From the NCBI RefSeq assembly GCF_000023965.1, contig NC_013202.1:1560001-1592000 (forward strand): a stretch of 32,000 bases of DNA. Reading direction: 5' to 3'. The DNA is from Halomicrobium mukohataei DSM 12286 (lineage in GTDB: Archaea; Halobacteriota; Halobacteria; Halobacteriales; Haloarculaceae). Shown piece after piece: positions 18,053 to 26,556 of the stretch; position 1 is the stretch's first letter; every line of letters starts with the position of its first letter. The position numbers and the translations under genes are program-made. A model generated the notes under the pieces. That model had not been told where the DNA came from and ran no database searches. It worked only from the letters and a program-made list of their open reading frames with translations.

Positions 18053-20131
18053 TCACACCTCGTCGGCGCTCCCTGTCAGGTCGGCGTCGGGCTCTCGTTC
18101 GAGTGCCGGCGGGACCGATCGGTCCGCCGCGTAGCCGTCGAACCAGCGGACGATCCGCTCGATCCGGTCGACGACGTGGCCGGGCTGGCCGCTCCGGGAG
18201 AGTTCGTGGCCCTCGTCGGGATACCGGACGAGACGCGTGTCGACGCCGTGTTTCCGCAGGATGCGATGGAAGAGTTCGGCCGAACAGATCGGCGTCCGGT
18301 AGTCGTCCTCGCTGTGGAGGATCAGCGTCGGCGTCGCCACCTCGTGTGCGTGCCCCGTCGGCGACTGAGATTGCAGGAACGCGGGCTCCTCCCAGGGAGT
18401 CGTATCGAAGTCGTCCTCGACCAGCTTGTAGGCCCAGTCCGTCGATCCGTAGAAGCCGAGCAGGTCGTAGACCCCGCGCTGTGAGACCGCGGCCTCGAAC
18501 TGGTCCGTCTGACTCACCAGCCAGGCGGTCATGTACCCGCCGAAGCTCCCACCCGTGACGAACAGCTGGTCCTCGTCGACGGAGGGCCGCTCGGCGACCG
18601 TCGCGACGCCGGACAGCACGTCGCTGGCCGTGACATCGCCCCAGTCGCGCTCGATCGCCTGCATGTACTCCTTGCCGTACCCCGCCGAGCCACGCGGGTT
18701 CGACCAGAAGACGACGTAGCCCCTGGACGCGAGAGTCTGGAACTCGTGCCACATCGTCCCGCTGGTCGTCCACATCGCGTGTGGGCCGCCGTGGACCTCG
18801 ACGGCCAACGGGTACGACTCCTCGGGGTCGAACTCCGGCGGCGTCAGCACCCACCCCTGGCACGTCCTGTCGTCGGTCTCGTGGCCCGCGTCGCCAGCGG
18901 GAAAGCGGATCTCCTCGGGTTCCTGGACCGCGTGCGTATCGAGGTACTCGGCGTTGCACTCGGTGAGTCGCGTCGTCTCGCCGTCGGCGTCGGCGACGAA
19001 CAGGTCCCCGGGATGGTCCCAGCTGCTCTGGACGTACGCGACGCGGTCGTCCCCGATGTCGAAGCCGTCGATCGCCGACCACTCGTCGCGACGCACTCGC
19101 TCCGGCTCGACCGCGACCGGTCGCGGCTCCGATTCGGGGCTGTCCGTCGTCGCGAGGTCGGCCGCGTGGACTCGCCAGAGCGCCGTCGCGCCCTCGTCCG
19201 GCGTCCCGAAGTACAGAGTCCCACCGTTCGGGTCCCACGTCGGTCCCAGATCGGTGTCGAGCGTCCGGTCGAGCGCTGCGGTGAGGTCGTGGACGGTGTC
19301 GGTCTCGTCGAGCAGGTGCAGCTCCGTCTGTGCCATGGTCCCCTGCTCCGGGTCGGTGTAGGAGAACGCGACGCGTCGCCCGCTGGCCGCGAGCGTCGGC
19401 TGGAACGTCGTCGTCTCGTGGCGCACGACGCTGTCGCCGCTGTCGAGGTCGTACGCTCTGATCTCCGTCGCCAGCGAGTCGTCGGGGTCGGCCACGTCGG
19501 CGTCGCGGGCGACGTACAGCGTGTCTCCGTCGCCCCAGGTCGGACTCGCGTGGTCGCGGTCGGCCGTCGTCACGCGCTCGACGCCCTCGCCGTCCGCGGT
19601 GGCGAGATACACCTGACTCCGTCTCCCGTCGCGATACCGCTCTGCGGTCCGGTACACCGTCCGGTCGACCACGCGCGGGTCCGGCGTCTCCGGCTCGAAG
19701 TCGGGTTCGACTTCGAGATCGCGGTCCGCCTCGCGGTCTGCGTCGGTCACCTGCTGGACGAACGCGATGCGCTCGCCGTCGGGTGCCCAGGCGATCTGGC
19801 CGACGCCGCCGACGACGCTGGTGACCTGCGTCGCCTCGCCGCCGTCGGTCGGCACCACCCAGAGCTGCTGGCGGTCGTCGGCCCCGCGGGTCGAGACGAA
19901 CGCGAGGCGGTCGCCGCTCGGGCTCCATCGTGGCTCCGAGTCGACGCCCTCCGCGAGCGTGAATCGCTGCACCTCGCCGCCGGTGGCGTCGGCGACGTAC
20001 ACCGTGGCCTCGTACTCGCTGTCGTCGCTGGGGGTTCGCCGGACGTAGGCGACCCGGTCGCCCGAGGGCGAGAGACGTGGCGTCGAAACTTGCGCGAGAT
20101 CGTGATAGTCGGCGGCGCTGATCGGCTCCAT
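18053..20131 (-). CDS. S9-family serine peptidase (prolyl oligopeptidase / acylaminoacyl-peptidase type)
   Basis: Start moved to the ATG at 20131 (MEPISAADYHDLAQV...). The N-terminal half has beta-propeller repeats (SPSGDRVAYV, SPSGDRLAFV, APDGERIAFV). The C-terminal half is an alpha/beta hydrolase with nucleophile GGSFGGYM and His in YPDEGHEL. 692 aa. Confidence 0.9.
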   Translation of the reverse strand: MEPISAADYHDLAQVSTPRLSPSGDRVAYVRRTPSDDSEYEATVYVADATGGEVQRFTLAEGVDSEPRWSPSGDRLAFVSTRGADDRQQLWVVPTDGGEATQVTSVVGGVGQIAWAPDGERIAFVQQVTDADREADRDLEVEPDFEPETPDPRVVDRTVYRTAERYRDGRRSQVYLATADGEGVERVTTADRDHASPTWGDGDTLYVARDADVADPDDSLATEIRAYDLDSGDSVVRHETTTFQPTLAASGRRVAFSYTDPEQGTMAQTELHLLDETDTVHDLTAALDRTLDTDLGPTWDPNGGTLYFGTPDEGATALWRVHAADLATTDSPESEPRPVAVEPERVRRDEWSAIDGFDIGDDRVAYVQSSWDHPGDLFVADADGETTRLTECNAEYLDTHAVQEPEEIRFPAGDAGHETDDRTCQGWVLTPPEFDPEESYPLAVEVHGGPHAMWTTSGTMWHEFQTLASRGYVVFWSNPRGSAGYGKEYMQAIERDWGDVTASDVLSGVATVAERPSVDEDQLFVTGGSFGGYMTAWLVSQTDQFEAAVSQRGVYDLLGFYGSTDWAYKLVEDDFDTTPWEEPAFLQSQSPTGHAHEVATPTLILHSEDDYRTPICSAELFHRILRKHGVDTRLVRYPDEGHELSRSGQPGHVVDRIERIVRWFDGYAADRSVPPALEREPDADLTGSADEV

Positions 20132-20222
20132 ACCATCGCCTGTGACTGACAGCCAAAGACAGTGGTGGATCCCGTCGCAGATCGCCGTGACACGGCCCGG
20201 AGAGTTCGTCTCATACTGCCAG

Positions 20223-20282
20223 CTGTAACTTCGTGAAGATCTTCGCCACCCCGGGGTGGCGAAATCGGTCACAGATTTACAG
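20223..20282. repeat. 60-bp imperfect palindrome (element A) with a perfect 22-bp core
   Basis: CTGTAA...TTACAG termini. The perfect palindrome TTCGCCACCCCGGGGTGGCGAA is at 20242-20263, exactly centred in the element. It lies between the stop of the 20292 gene and the peptidase start. Confidence 0.8.
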
Positions 20283-20291
20283 CCGGTAGTA

Positions 20292-20639
20292 TCACTCCGC
20301 GTGCTCTGGGTCGGACTCCCGGGTCACCGTGATCTCGACCTCGTCGGCGTCGATACCGAGCCTGACGAACTGGGTTCGGACGTGATCTTTCGCGGCGTCG
20401 AGGGCCTGCTCGCGGTCCTGAAAGCCCCGCGGCATCGGCGACTCGAACGCGATCTGGATCTCTTCGCCACCGATCGTCTGCGTGCTACCGCCGGTGTCCA
20501 CTTCGTAGAACTCGTCGCAGATCCAGACGTACGGCGCGTCGTCGTCGGGGCTGCCGGCGAACTCCGGGGCGTCCTCGCCGTCCTCGTAGATCGTGCCCGT
20601 CAGCGCCGTCCCGCCGGCCGCACCGTGTACCAGAAGCAT
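20292..20639 (-). CDS. acidic hypothetical protein
   Basis: ATG at 20639 (MLLVHGAAGG...), 115 aa, with alternative ATG at 20723 and GTG at 20735. A TATA-like AAATATC lies on the minus strand at 20668-20674, about 30 nt upstream of 20639. Confidence 0.55.
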   Translation of the reverse strand: MLLVHGAAGGTALTGTIYEDGEDAPEFAGSPDDDAPYVWICDEFYEVDTGGSTQTIGGEEIQIAFESPMPRGFQDREQALDAAKDHVRTQFVRLGIDADEVEITVTRESDPEHAE

Positions 20640-20954
20640 CGTCGGAACTTGTGTCTCCACTCTCTTCGATATTTCGGCCTCGAAGCCGACACCACGGCAC
20701 GAACGATCACGAGAGCGTGTCATGGAACCCGCCACGAGATGTTATTTCTTAGAAACCCTCACCGAAATATTCGATTAGTATGAATGCGAATTGGACGCTG
20801 GGGGCTATGCTAACAATAACTCAGCTTTAAACGTTAGCGTCGGAGAGGTCCGTGATCGGCATCATCTGTCCTTGTCACCGCCTTCGTCACACTCCAACGT
20901 GTAAAGCCGAGCTTTTAATATAGTCCAATAACAATTATAGGTTGACACTATCGG

Positions 20955-21013
20955 TTGTAGCCTCGTGAAAATCTTTGCCATCTCGGGTAGTACCATCGTT
21001 CATAGATTTACAG
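20955..21013. repeat. diverged AT-shifted copy (element B) of the 60-bp element A
   Basis: It aligns to 20223-20282 with 45 identical columns of 60 and one 1-nt gap. The palindromic core is degraded. It ends with the same AGATTTACAG, 35 nt before the GT2 start codon. Confidence 0.7.
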
Positions 21014-21048
21014 GCTCCGACCCACCTGCTTGCCGCTGACATCATTCT

Positions 21049-23247
21049 ATGAGGGGATCAAAAACAATACAGAAATTAAAAAGTGTTTTGGTAGTATACA
21101 AGCTAATATGGTATATTTCTCTCGGACTTGGTGTTTTTGGGGCTTTTACTGCTGGAATTACAAATCATTCTGCAGGCTGGGTGTTTTTTATTTTTCCAAT
21201 GGTAATTCTCATCAGTTTCTCTCTGATTAATAGTTGGCAAGTAATGCAACGAGGTGTAGCGCAACCAGCAGGCGGGCAATTCACAATACTTGCTGGTCCA
21301 ACTGTATTTTTTCTTGCGCTCATTCTGTCATCAGAGATTATACCAGCACAAGTACAAATCCCATTTATCGGCAAGCTCACTATTCTTGTTACCGGTACAC
21401 AGGCGTTGTTTTTGTCGATAAGTTTGCAAGGTGAGGAAGCACCTCTCTTTCGGCGGAATATAATTCCAGCAGCCAGTCATCTGCTCATCGGTCTGGGTTC
21501 TATTCTGTTGGTTGTAGCTGCGCTTCGAATTACGGTCACGCGTGTGTTCCAAGGAGTGGTACTTTGGTACGCTACTGGATTGACTGTGTTGTTACTCAAT
21601 ACGTTCTGGCGAAATCAGCGAATTGATTCAAGTAGGTTCAAATCATCAAGTGGAATTTCTGATGATTGGAACAATATATTGTTAATTTCAGTTGTTATTG
21701 GTATTATTTCTGCTATATTTATTGTCTTTAGTTCATTAAACCAGCCGTTGACTCTAGAGATCGTCGCTCTGGCTCGACCATGGGCATTTGATACTACGCT
21801 CGAACAATTTGCAGTAATAGTTGTCGGGACCTGTGCAGTGCTCGCATTTGCAACACTCAGTGCTCCGACATCTGCACCTAGTCCCGTGCAGCGACTCAAT
21901 CGCATAGCAATTACTATCAGCTCGCAAGCCCTCACAACCGCTATTTTGCTGAACACGCTACTGCTTGGTCTGTTCTTCGTGGTTCCACCTCTACTGACAC
22001 TAATATTTGGCCTACTTATCGTGCTCGTTACACTCACAGTTATTCTGGATTATCTAAGAGCTGTATACATTAGCCGCAATCAGACTGGAAACACGCCAAC
22101 TGAGCCGGTGTCAGCCTGTATTTCGTCGTCTATAACTGTAGTTATTCCGGCATACAATGAAGCCGGTGTTCTGTCAGAAACAATTGAGCGCAATATCAAA
22201 GCATTGAACAGACTGCAATTCTTGTTGGTCCCAGCAGCGGGGTCTACGGATGAAACTGTAGAAATTGCACATCAGTTCCAGGCCAACTATCCTGATCGCA
22301 TCCGTGTATTTGAGGGGACAACTGGATCCAAGGCGGGTGATTTAAATCGTGCATGGAACAGAATTGACACTCCATTTGTGCTTCTGTTGGATGCTGATGA
22401 GGTTACAGATATGGTATTTGTTTCACGGGCACTTCGAACTCTAAAAGAGTCTCCAGATGTAGGCATTGTCCAAGCCCGCAAGGTACCCCGTCAGCTAGAT
22501 AACTGGATGGCTCGATTCGTTGCGGCAGAGCGTCGAGTTCAGACATGGATAAGTCACCAATTTATTCACGATGTGTGCGCAGCGAGCCATTTTGCGGGGT
22601 CAGGAGCAGTACTCAGACATAAGGTCCCAAATGAAATAGATGGCTGGTCGCCACAAGCTCTGACTGAGGATATTGATTTTACTATACGGTTATACTTACA
22701 GACTGACTGGCAGATTAGTTACAACTCGCGGCTAGCCGTGTATACTCTTCCACCTGCAACGATCTCCAATTTGATTCGACAGCGTCGGCGGTGGACACGC
22801 GGCTGGGTAGAAGTAACGTGGCGTTACACACGTAATCTCATTCATTCACGACAGACCCTCGGATGGCGGAAAACGGCCGGTCTTCTTTGGGAACTATTTT
22901 CAACTATCAGTGCACCACTTTATTTGGTTTCGATAGCAATTACAATATTCATATTTGGCGAATTAGGACAGTCTTTTCCCCTATTGTTCGTAGTTTCACT
23001 TGCAGTATTTTTATTGCCTGCACGGGGCATTATTTTTTCATACACAGCAAAGAACGACATAATAAAATCCGTAGATGGAATCCAGATTGTAGCAGTGTTC
23101 TTCTTCGCGTATCTCTGGATGCTTTTTATATGGCTAATACAGCTTCATGTTCTCTATCTTCAAATATCAGGAACTCCAAAAAAATGGGAGGTGACACAGA
23201 AACAAATATATGAAAATAATTCTGCTCATAATCTTTGGTCTGATTGA
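21049..23247 (+). CDS. polytopic membrane family-2 glycosyltransferase, processive beta-glycan synthase type
   Basis: 732 aa. Motifs in order: VVIPAYNE (aa 364-371), GSKAGDLN (426-433), DAD (448-450), QARK (475-478), TED (539-541), QRRRW (578-582). About 10 hydrophobic helices precede the catalytic domain and 3-4 follow it. Codon usage is AT-rich. Confidence 0.85.
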   Translation: MRGSKTIQKLKSVLVVYKLIWYISLGLGVFGAFTAGITNHSAGWVFFIFPMVILISFSLINSWQVMQRGVAQPAGGQFTILAGPTVFFLALILSSEIIPAQVQIPFIGKLTILVTGTQALFLSISLQGEEAPLFRRNIIPAASHLLIGLGSILLVVAALRITVTRVFQGVVLWYATGLTVLLLNTFWRNQRIDSSRFKSSSGISDDWNNILLISVVIGIISAIFIVFSSLNQPLTLEIVALARPWAFDTTLEQFAVIVVGTCAVLAFATLSAPTSAPSPVQRLNRIAITISSQALTTAILLNTLLLGLFFVVPPLLTLIFGLLIVLVTLTVILDYLRAVYISRNQTGNTPTEPVSACISSSITVVIPAYNEAGVLSETIERNIKALNRLQFLLVPAAGSTDETVEIAHQFQANYPDRIRVFEGTTGSKAGDLNRAWNRIDTPFVLLLDADEVTDMVFVSRALRTLKESPDVGIVQARKVPRQLDNWMARFVAAERRVQTWISHQFIHDVCAASHFAGSGAVLRHKVPNEIDGWSPQALTEDIDFTIRLYLQTDWQISYNSRLAVYTLPPATISNLIRQRRRWTRGWVEVTWRYTRNLIHSRQTLGWRKTAGLLWELFSTISAPLYLVSIAITIFIFGELGQSFPLLFVVSLAVFLLPARGIIFSYTAKNDIIKSVDGIQIVAVFFFAYLWMLFIWLIQLHVLYLQISGTPKKWEVTQKQIYENNSAHNLWSD

Positions 23248-23695
23248 TTACTTGTTATTATAGATGATACATGTAGTAACTAATATGAAATGGTTGTGTC
23301 CGCCAGAATCTCTAGTCAGCCGGTAGAGGTGTGCTAAGTATTTCCCACGCCTGCCAATGCTGCTAATTTGGCATATAGATATTCTGTATCTTGCACCGGA
23401 ATCCTAACAGGTAGCGGATGGGTTGTCGCTTCCCGCGTCACGTTCTTTGCCTGTATTGTCCGAGTCGTATTCCGCTCGAACGACCGGATTCTTCGAACCA
23501 CTCGTCCGCGCGATTCACTGGTCGAGCGGAGCGAGACCGGCTTTTGGTATCGACGGGTTTTCGCCGAGCGGTTCGCGTCGTGAATCCGAGGCGAAAAACG
23601 GTCGCACAGTATCGGTCGTCGGCAGATGGCCACAACGAGGATTGTGACCGTCTCCGGGGGAAAGGGGTTAGTCGGGGGAGCGACATTGGTCCCGT

Positions 23696-25510
23696 ATGTC
23701 TGATCTCGGGGATTTCACGGAGTTCGACGCCGACGACAGCGAGTCGTCGACGCCAGCCGACGGAGCGACGGGAGACGAAGACGGGGCCGCGGCCGACGAG
23801 GACGAGGCCTTCGAGGAGATGGACATCGAGCCAAGCGGGCGCGACCGCGGGATCGGCGTCCTCTCGGCCTCGGAGGGGCTGGCGATCTGCGAGGACGAGC
23901 GCGAGACCTGCCTGCGGGCGTACGTCACCGTCGGCAACCGCTCGGACGTGCGCATCGGCAAGTACCTGCTCGTCCCCTATCCGGACGGTGAGCGACTGTT
24001 CTGTCGGATCTCGGCGCTGGAGTACGCCCAGGAGTTCCGCGCCGACGACGCGACCGAGATCCACGCGCGCCGCGCCATGCGCTCGGGTGGGATCGACGAG
24101 CAGGACTTCAAGTTCATGGCGACGCTGGAGCCCGTCGCCGTCCTCTATGGGACGGGCGACGACATGAAGCGCCGGATGACCGACCGCGTGCCAAAGCCCG
24201 AGACAGTCGTCCGCCAGGCCACCGACAAGAGCGAGATCAAGACCGGGCTGAAGATCCCCGAGGACGGCGTCTTCCTCGGGCATCTCTCGGTCGGCGGCGA
24301 GAAGGTCCAGACGGCCGCCGAGCCGCCGACGATCGACTACCGGCTAAAAGACGACTACGAAGCGGGCGATCCGCTGGTCTTCCGGCACACGCTCGTGGCC
24401 GGCGGCACCGGGTCGGGCAAGACCCACGGCTCGAAGAACATCCTCCGGCAGTACCTCGCCGAGGACCGAACGTATCCCATCGAGGGAGAGGACCGCGACG
24501 TGTCTCCCTGTCTGGTCATGTTCGACCCACAGGACGAGTACGCTCAGATGCACGACGACGGCGACCTCCCCGAGGAGTTCCAGCGCCGCTGTGAGCGCGA
24601 GGGGATCGCCTGTGGCGGCCACGAGGACACGACGGCGTTCGTCCCGAAGGTGTCGGGTTCGAGCTACGCCGCGAGCCACCACCGCGCCGAGCAGGTCGAG
24701 TTCACCATCCCCTTCTCGATGGTCTACTCGAACCCGTGGCTGATCGCCGGCAGCCAGCTCAACGACAATCAGTACAGCGCCCTCCACTACCTGCTCGACC
24801 GGTTCGAGAAGGAGTACGGCGAGGACGGGACCTACGACCAGTTCACGACGTTCCTCGACGACCCCGCGCTCAAGGAGGAACTCGACGAGTCCGGCCGCGT
24901 CCACGAGGCGACCTTCGACGCCGTCAAGCGCCGGGCCTACGGCTTCGGCGGCGTCTTCGATCAGGACGCCCGGCCGATCACCGACATGGTCAAACAGTTC
25001 GTCCGCTCGGGCGGGATCAGCGTGGTCCCGACCTACCACATCAACGACTCCCGCTCGAAGACGACGGTCGTGCTGGCGCTGGCCTCGATGCTCGTCGACG
25101 AGAAGCTCTCGAACAGCCCGCGCTACGACCGCATCAAGGAGACGCCGCTCATCCTCGGGATGGACGAGGCCCACAACTTCCTGACCGACGCCGACAACGT
25201 CCAGGCCCGGAAGGTCATCGGGAAGTTCACCGAGGCCGCGAAACAGGGCCGCAAGGAGCGCCTCGGGCTCTTCCTCATCACGCAGGACCCCCAGGACATC
25301 GCTGATCCCGTCTTCAAACAGATCAACAGCACCGTCGTCCTCAATCTGGGCGACGAGGACGCCATCTCCGCGGTCAACATCCCCGCGAACCTGGAGTCGA
25401 AGGTCCCCTACATGGAGAAAGGCCAGATGGTGGTGTACTCGCCGGACAACTCCGAGCCCGTCGAGATCCAGGGACTCGCGACCTGCGTGACCAAGCACGG
25501 GCGAGAGTGA
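23696..25510 (+). CDS. herA: HerA-type (DUF87/FtsK-HerA superfamily) hexameric ATPase/helicase
   Basis: 604 aa. An acidic N-terminal tail is followed by a HAS-barrel-like region. Walker A is VAGGTGSGKTH and Walker B is LILGMDEAHNF. Confidence 0.8.
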   Translation: MSDLGDFTEFDADDSESSTPADGATGDEDGAAADEDEAFEEMDIEPSGRDRGIGVLSASEGLAICEDERETCLRAYVTVGNRSDVRIGKYLLVPYPDGERLFCRISALEYAQEFRADDATEIHARRAMRSGGIDEQDFKFMATLEPVAVLYGTGDDMKRRMTDRVPKPETVVRQATDKSEIKTGLKIPEDGVFLGHLSVGGEKVQTAAEPPTIDYRLKDDYEAGDPLVFRHTLVAGGTGSGKTHGSKNILRQYLAEDRTYPIEGEDRDVSPCLVMFDPQDEYAQMHDDGDLPEEFQRRCEREGIACGGHEDTTAFVPKVSGSSYAASHHRAEQVEFTIPFSMVYSNPWLIAGSQLNDNQYSALHYLLDRFEKEYGEDGTYDQFTTFLDDPALKEELDESGRVHEATFDAVKRRAYGFGGVFDQDARPITDMVKQFVRSGGISVVPTYHINDSRSKTTVVLALASMLVDEKLSNSPRYDRIKETPLILGMDEAHNFLTDADNVQARKVIGKFTEAAKQGRKERLGLFLITQDPQDIADPVFKQINSTVVLNLGDEDAISAVNIPANLESKVPYMEKGQMVVYSPDNSEPVEIQGLATCVTKHGRE

Positions 25511-25554
25511 TCCCGCCGGCACGCGCGATGGCTCACGGCGAAGCAGTCGAAGGG

Positions 25555-25560
25555 TATAAT
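25555..25560 (+). promoter_or_regulatory. TATA-box candidate (TATAAT)
   Basis: It is centred 27 nt upstream of the ATG at 25584 but only about 10 nt upstream of the ATG at 25569. This favours 25584 as a leaderless start. Confidence 0.4.
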
Positions 25561-25568
25561 CCACAGCC

Positions 25569-26012
25569 ATGACAGTACCGGACATGGGCAAGCGAATTCT
25601 GGTCCCGGTCGACGGCTCAGAGCAGGCGGAGACGGCTTTCGAGTTCGCGATCGACGAATTTCCGGACGCGACGATCGTCCTGCTGAACGTCATCAATCCG
25701 GCCGAAGCCGGTTACAGCGCACAGGCCTCGATGCCCTCCTTTTCCGAGGAGTGGTACGAACAGCAACAGAGCGCCGCACAGGAGTTGTTCGACGATCTGA
25801 TCGCCGACGCCGGTATCGGCGACCGCGAGGTCGAACGGGCCGTCGAGGTCGGGCGGCCGACCACGGCGATCGTCGACTACGCCGACGACAACGACATCGA
25901 CCAGATCGTCATGGGGAGTCACGGCCGCTCGGGCGTCTCCCGGATCGTCCTGGGCAGCGTCGCCGAGACGGTCGTCCGACGGGCGGACGTGCCCGTGACC
26001 GTCGCGCGGTAG
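25569..26012 (+). CDS. universal stress protein (UspA family)
   Basis: Motifs KRILVPVDGS ... IVMGSHGRSGVSRIVLGSVAETVVRRADVPVTV. The longest ATG is 25569. The ATG at 25584 (MGKRILVPVDGS) is likely the true start, given the TATA spacing. Confidence 0.85.
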   Translation: MTVPDMGKRILVPVDGSEQAETAFEFAIDEFPDATIVLLNVINPAEAGYSAQASMPSFSEEWYEQQQSAAQELFDDLIADAGIGDREVERAVEVGRPTTAIVDYADDNDIDQIVMGSHGRSGVSRIVLGSVAETVVRRADVPVTVAR

Positions 26013-26043
26013 GGCGGGCCTCGCGGCGTGCTGTGGCCTCCGT

Positions 26044-26490
26044 TCACCCCGCGTGGCGCACGATGTGTACGTCGTAGGTGGGATCTTCCGAGATCGGCGC
26101 GCCGACGCTACAGACCGGCGTCGACACGCGCCCGGCGTTCTCGCTGCCGATGAACACGATAGAAGCCTCGATATCGTGGGACACTTCCCGGATCGTCCGC
26201 ACCACGTCGGTGGTCACGTCCGCCATCGAACTCACGTCCGCGGGCCGCTCGACGCGGAAGGTGGCCGCGGGCGCGATCTCTGTCACCTGCCGCTCGAACC
26301 GGTCGGCGACGGCCGCTGGATCGTACGATTCGCCCTCGTCGATCCAGCCCCGCTCGACCGCGTAGTCGGCGTCGTCGGGGATCACCGAGAGCGCGACCAC
26401 GTCTTGCCCGGTGTACTCAGAGAACTCCACGGCGCGTTCGAGGGCGGCTCGTGCGAGCGCCGACCCGTCGAAGGGAACGAGCAGCGTCAT
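26044..26490 (-). CDS. universal stress protein family protein
   Basis: Start moved to the ATG at 26490 (MTLLVPFDGSALARAALERA). 148 aa with a USP-like alpha/beta pattern. The longer ORF start at 26568 lies inside the 84-bp repeat. Confidence 0.75.
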   Translation of the reverse strand: MTLLVPFDGSALARAALERAVEFSEYTGQDVVALSVIPDDADYAVERGWIDEGESYDPAAVADRFERQVTEIAPAATFRVERPADVSSMADVTTDVVRTIREVSHDIEASIVFIGSENAGRVSTPVCSVGAPISEDPTYDVHIVRHAG

Positions 26491-26556
26491 GATCGTCGGA
26501 TCTCGCGGCGGTCGCTTAACTCTTGGCGAGACGGCTGACAACGTGAACGGAGTGGA

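Larger units (their letters stand above)
20745..23410. other. low-GC compositional island (approximate borders)
   Basis: Hand counts of 60-nt lines give 28% G+C (21049-21108), 40% (22021-22080) and 53% (22741-22800), against 68% in herA (24001-24060). The borders were judged by eye. Confidence 0.8.

Noticed and set aside
23275-23292. TAGTAACTAATATGAAAT near the right end of the GT2 gene resembles the terminal inverted repeat TAGTAACAATTGAAA of the 84-bp element.
   Set aside because: Only a 7-mer is exact and two 1-nt insertions are needed. The match lies in AT-rich sequence, where such matches are expected. There is no second arm and no central hairpin.
23470-23500. The minus strand reads GGTTCGAAGAATCC, which resembles a tRNA T-arm. 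A tRNA fragment next to the island would suggest an integration site.
   Set aside because: The putative T-loop has an extra base. No acceptor, D or anticodon arms can be drawn around it, and no integrase is present. I treat it as chance.
23334-23633. Several ORFs of 71-99 aa lie on both strands in the spacer between the GT2 gene and herA (23334-23633 minus, 23368-23583 plus, 23423-23647 plus).
   Set aside because: All are basic, have no motifs and overlap one another. None has a TATA box at leaderless distance. I treat the ~450 bp as non-coding.
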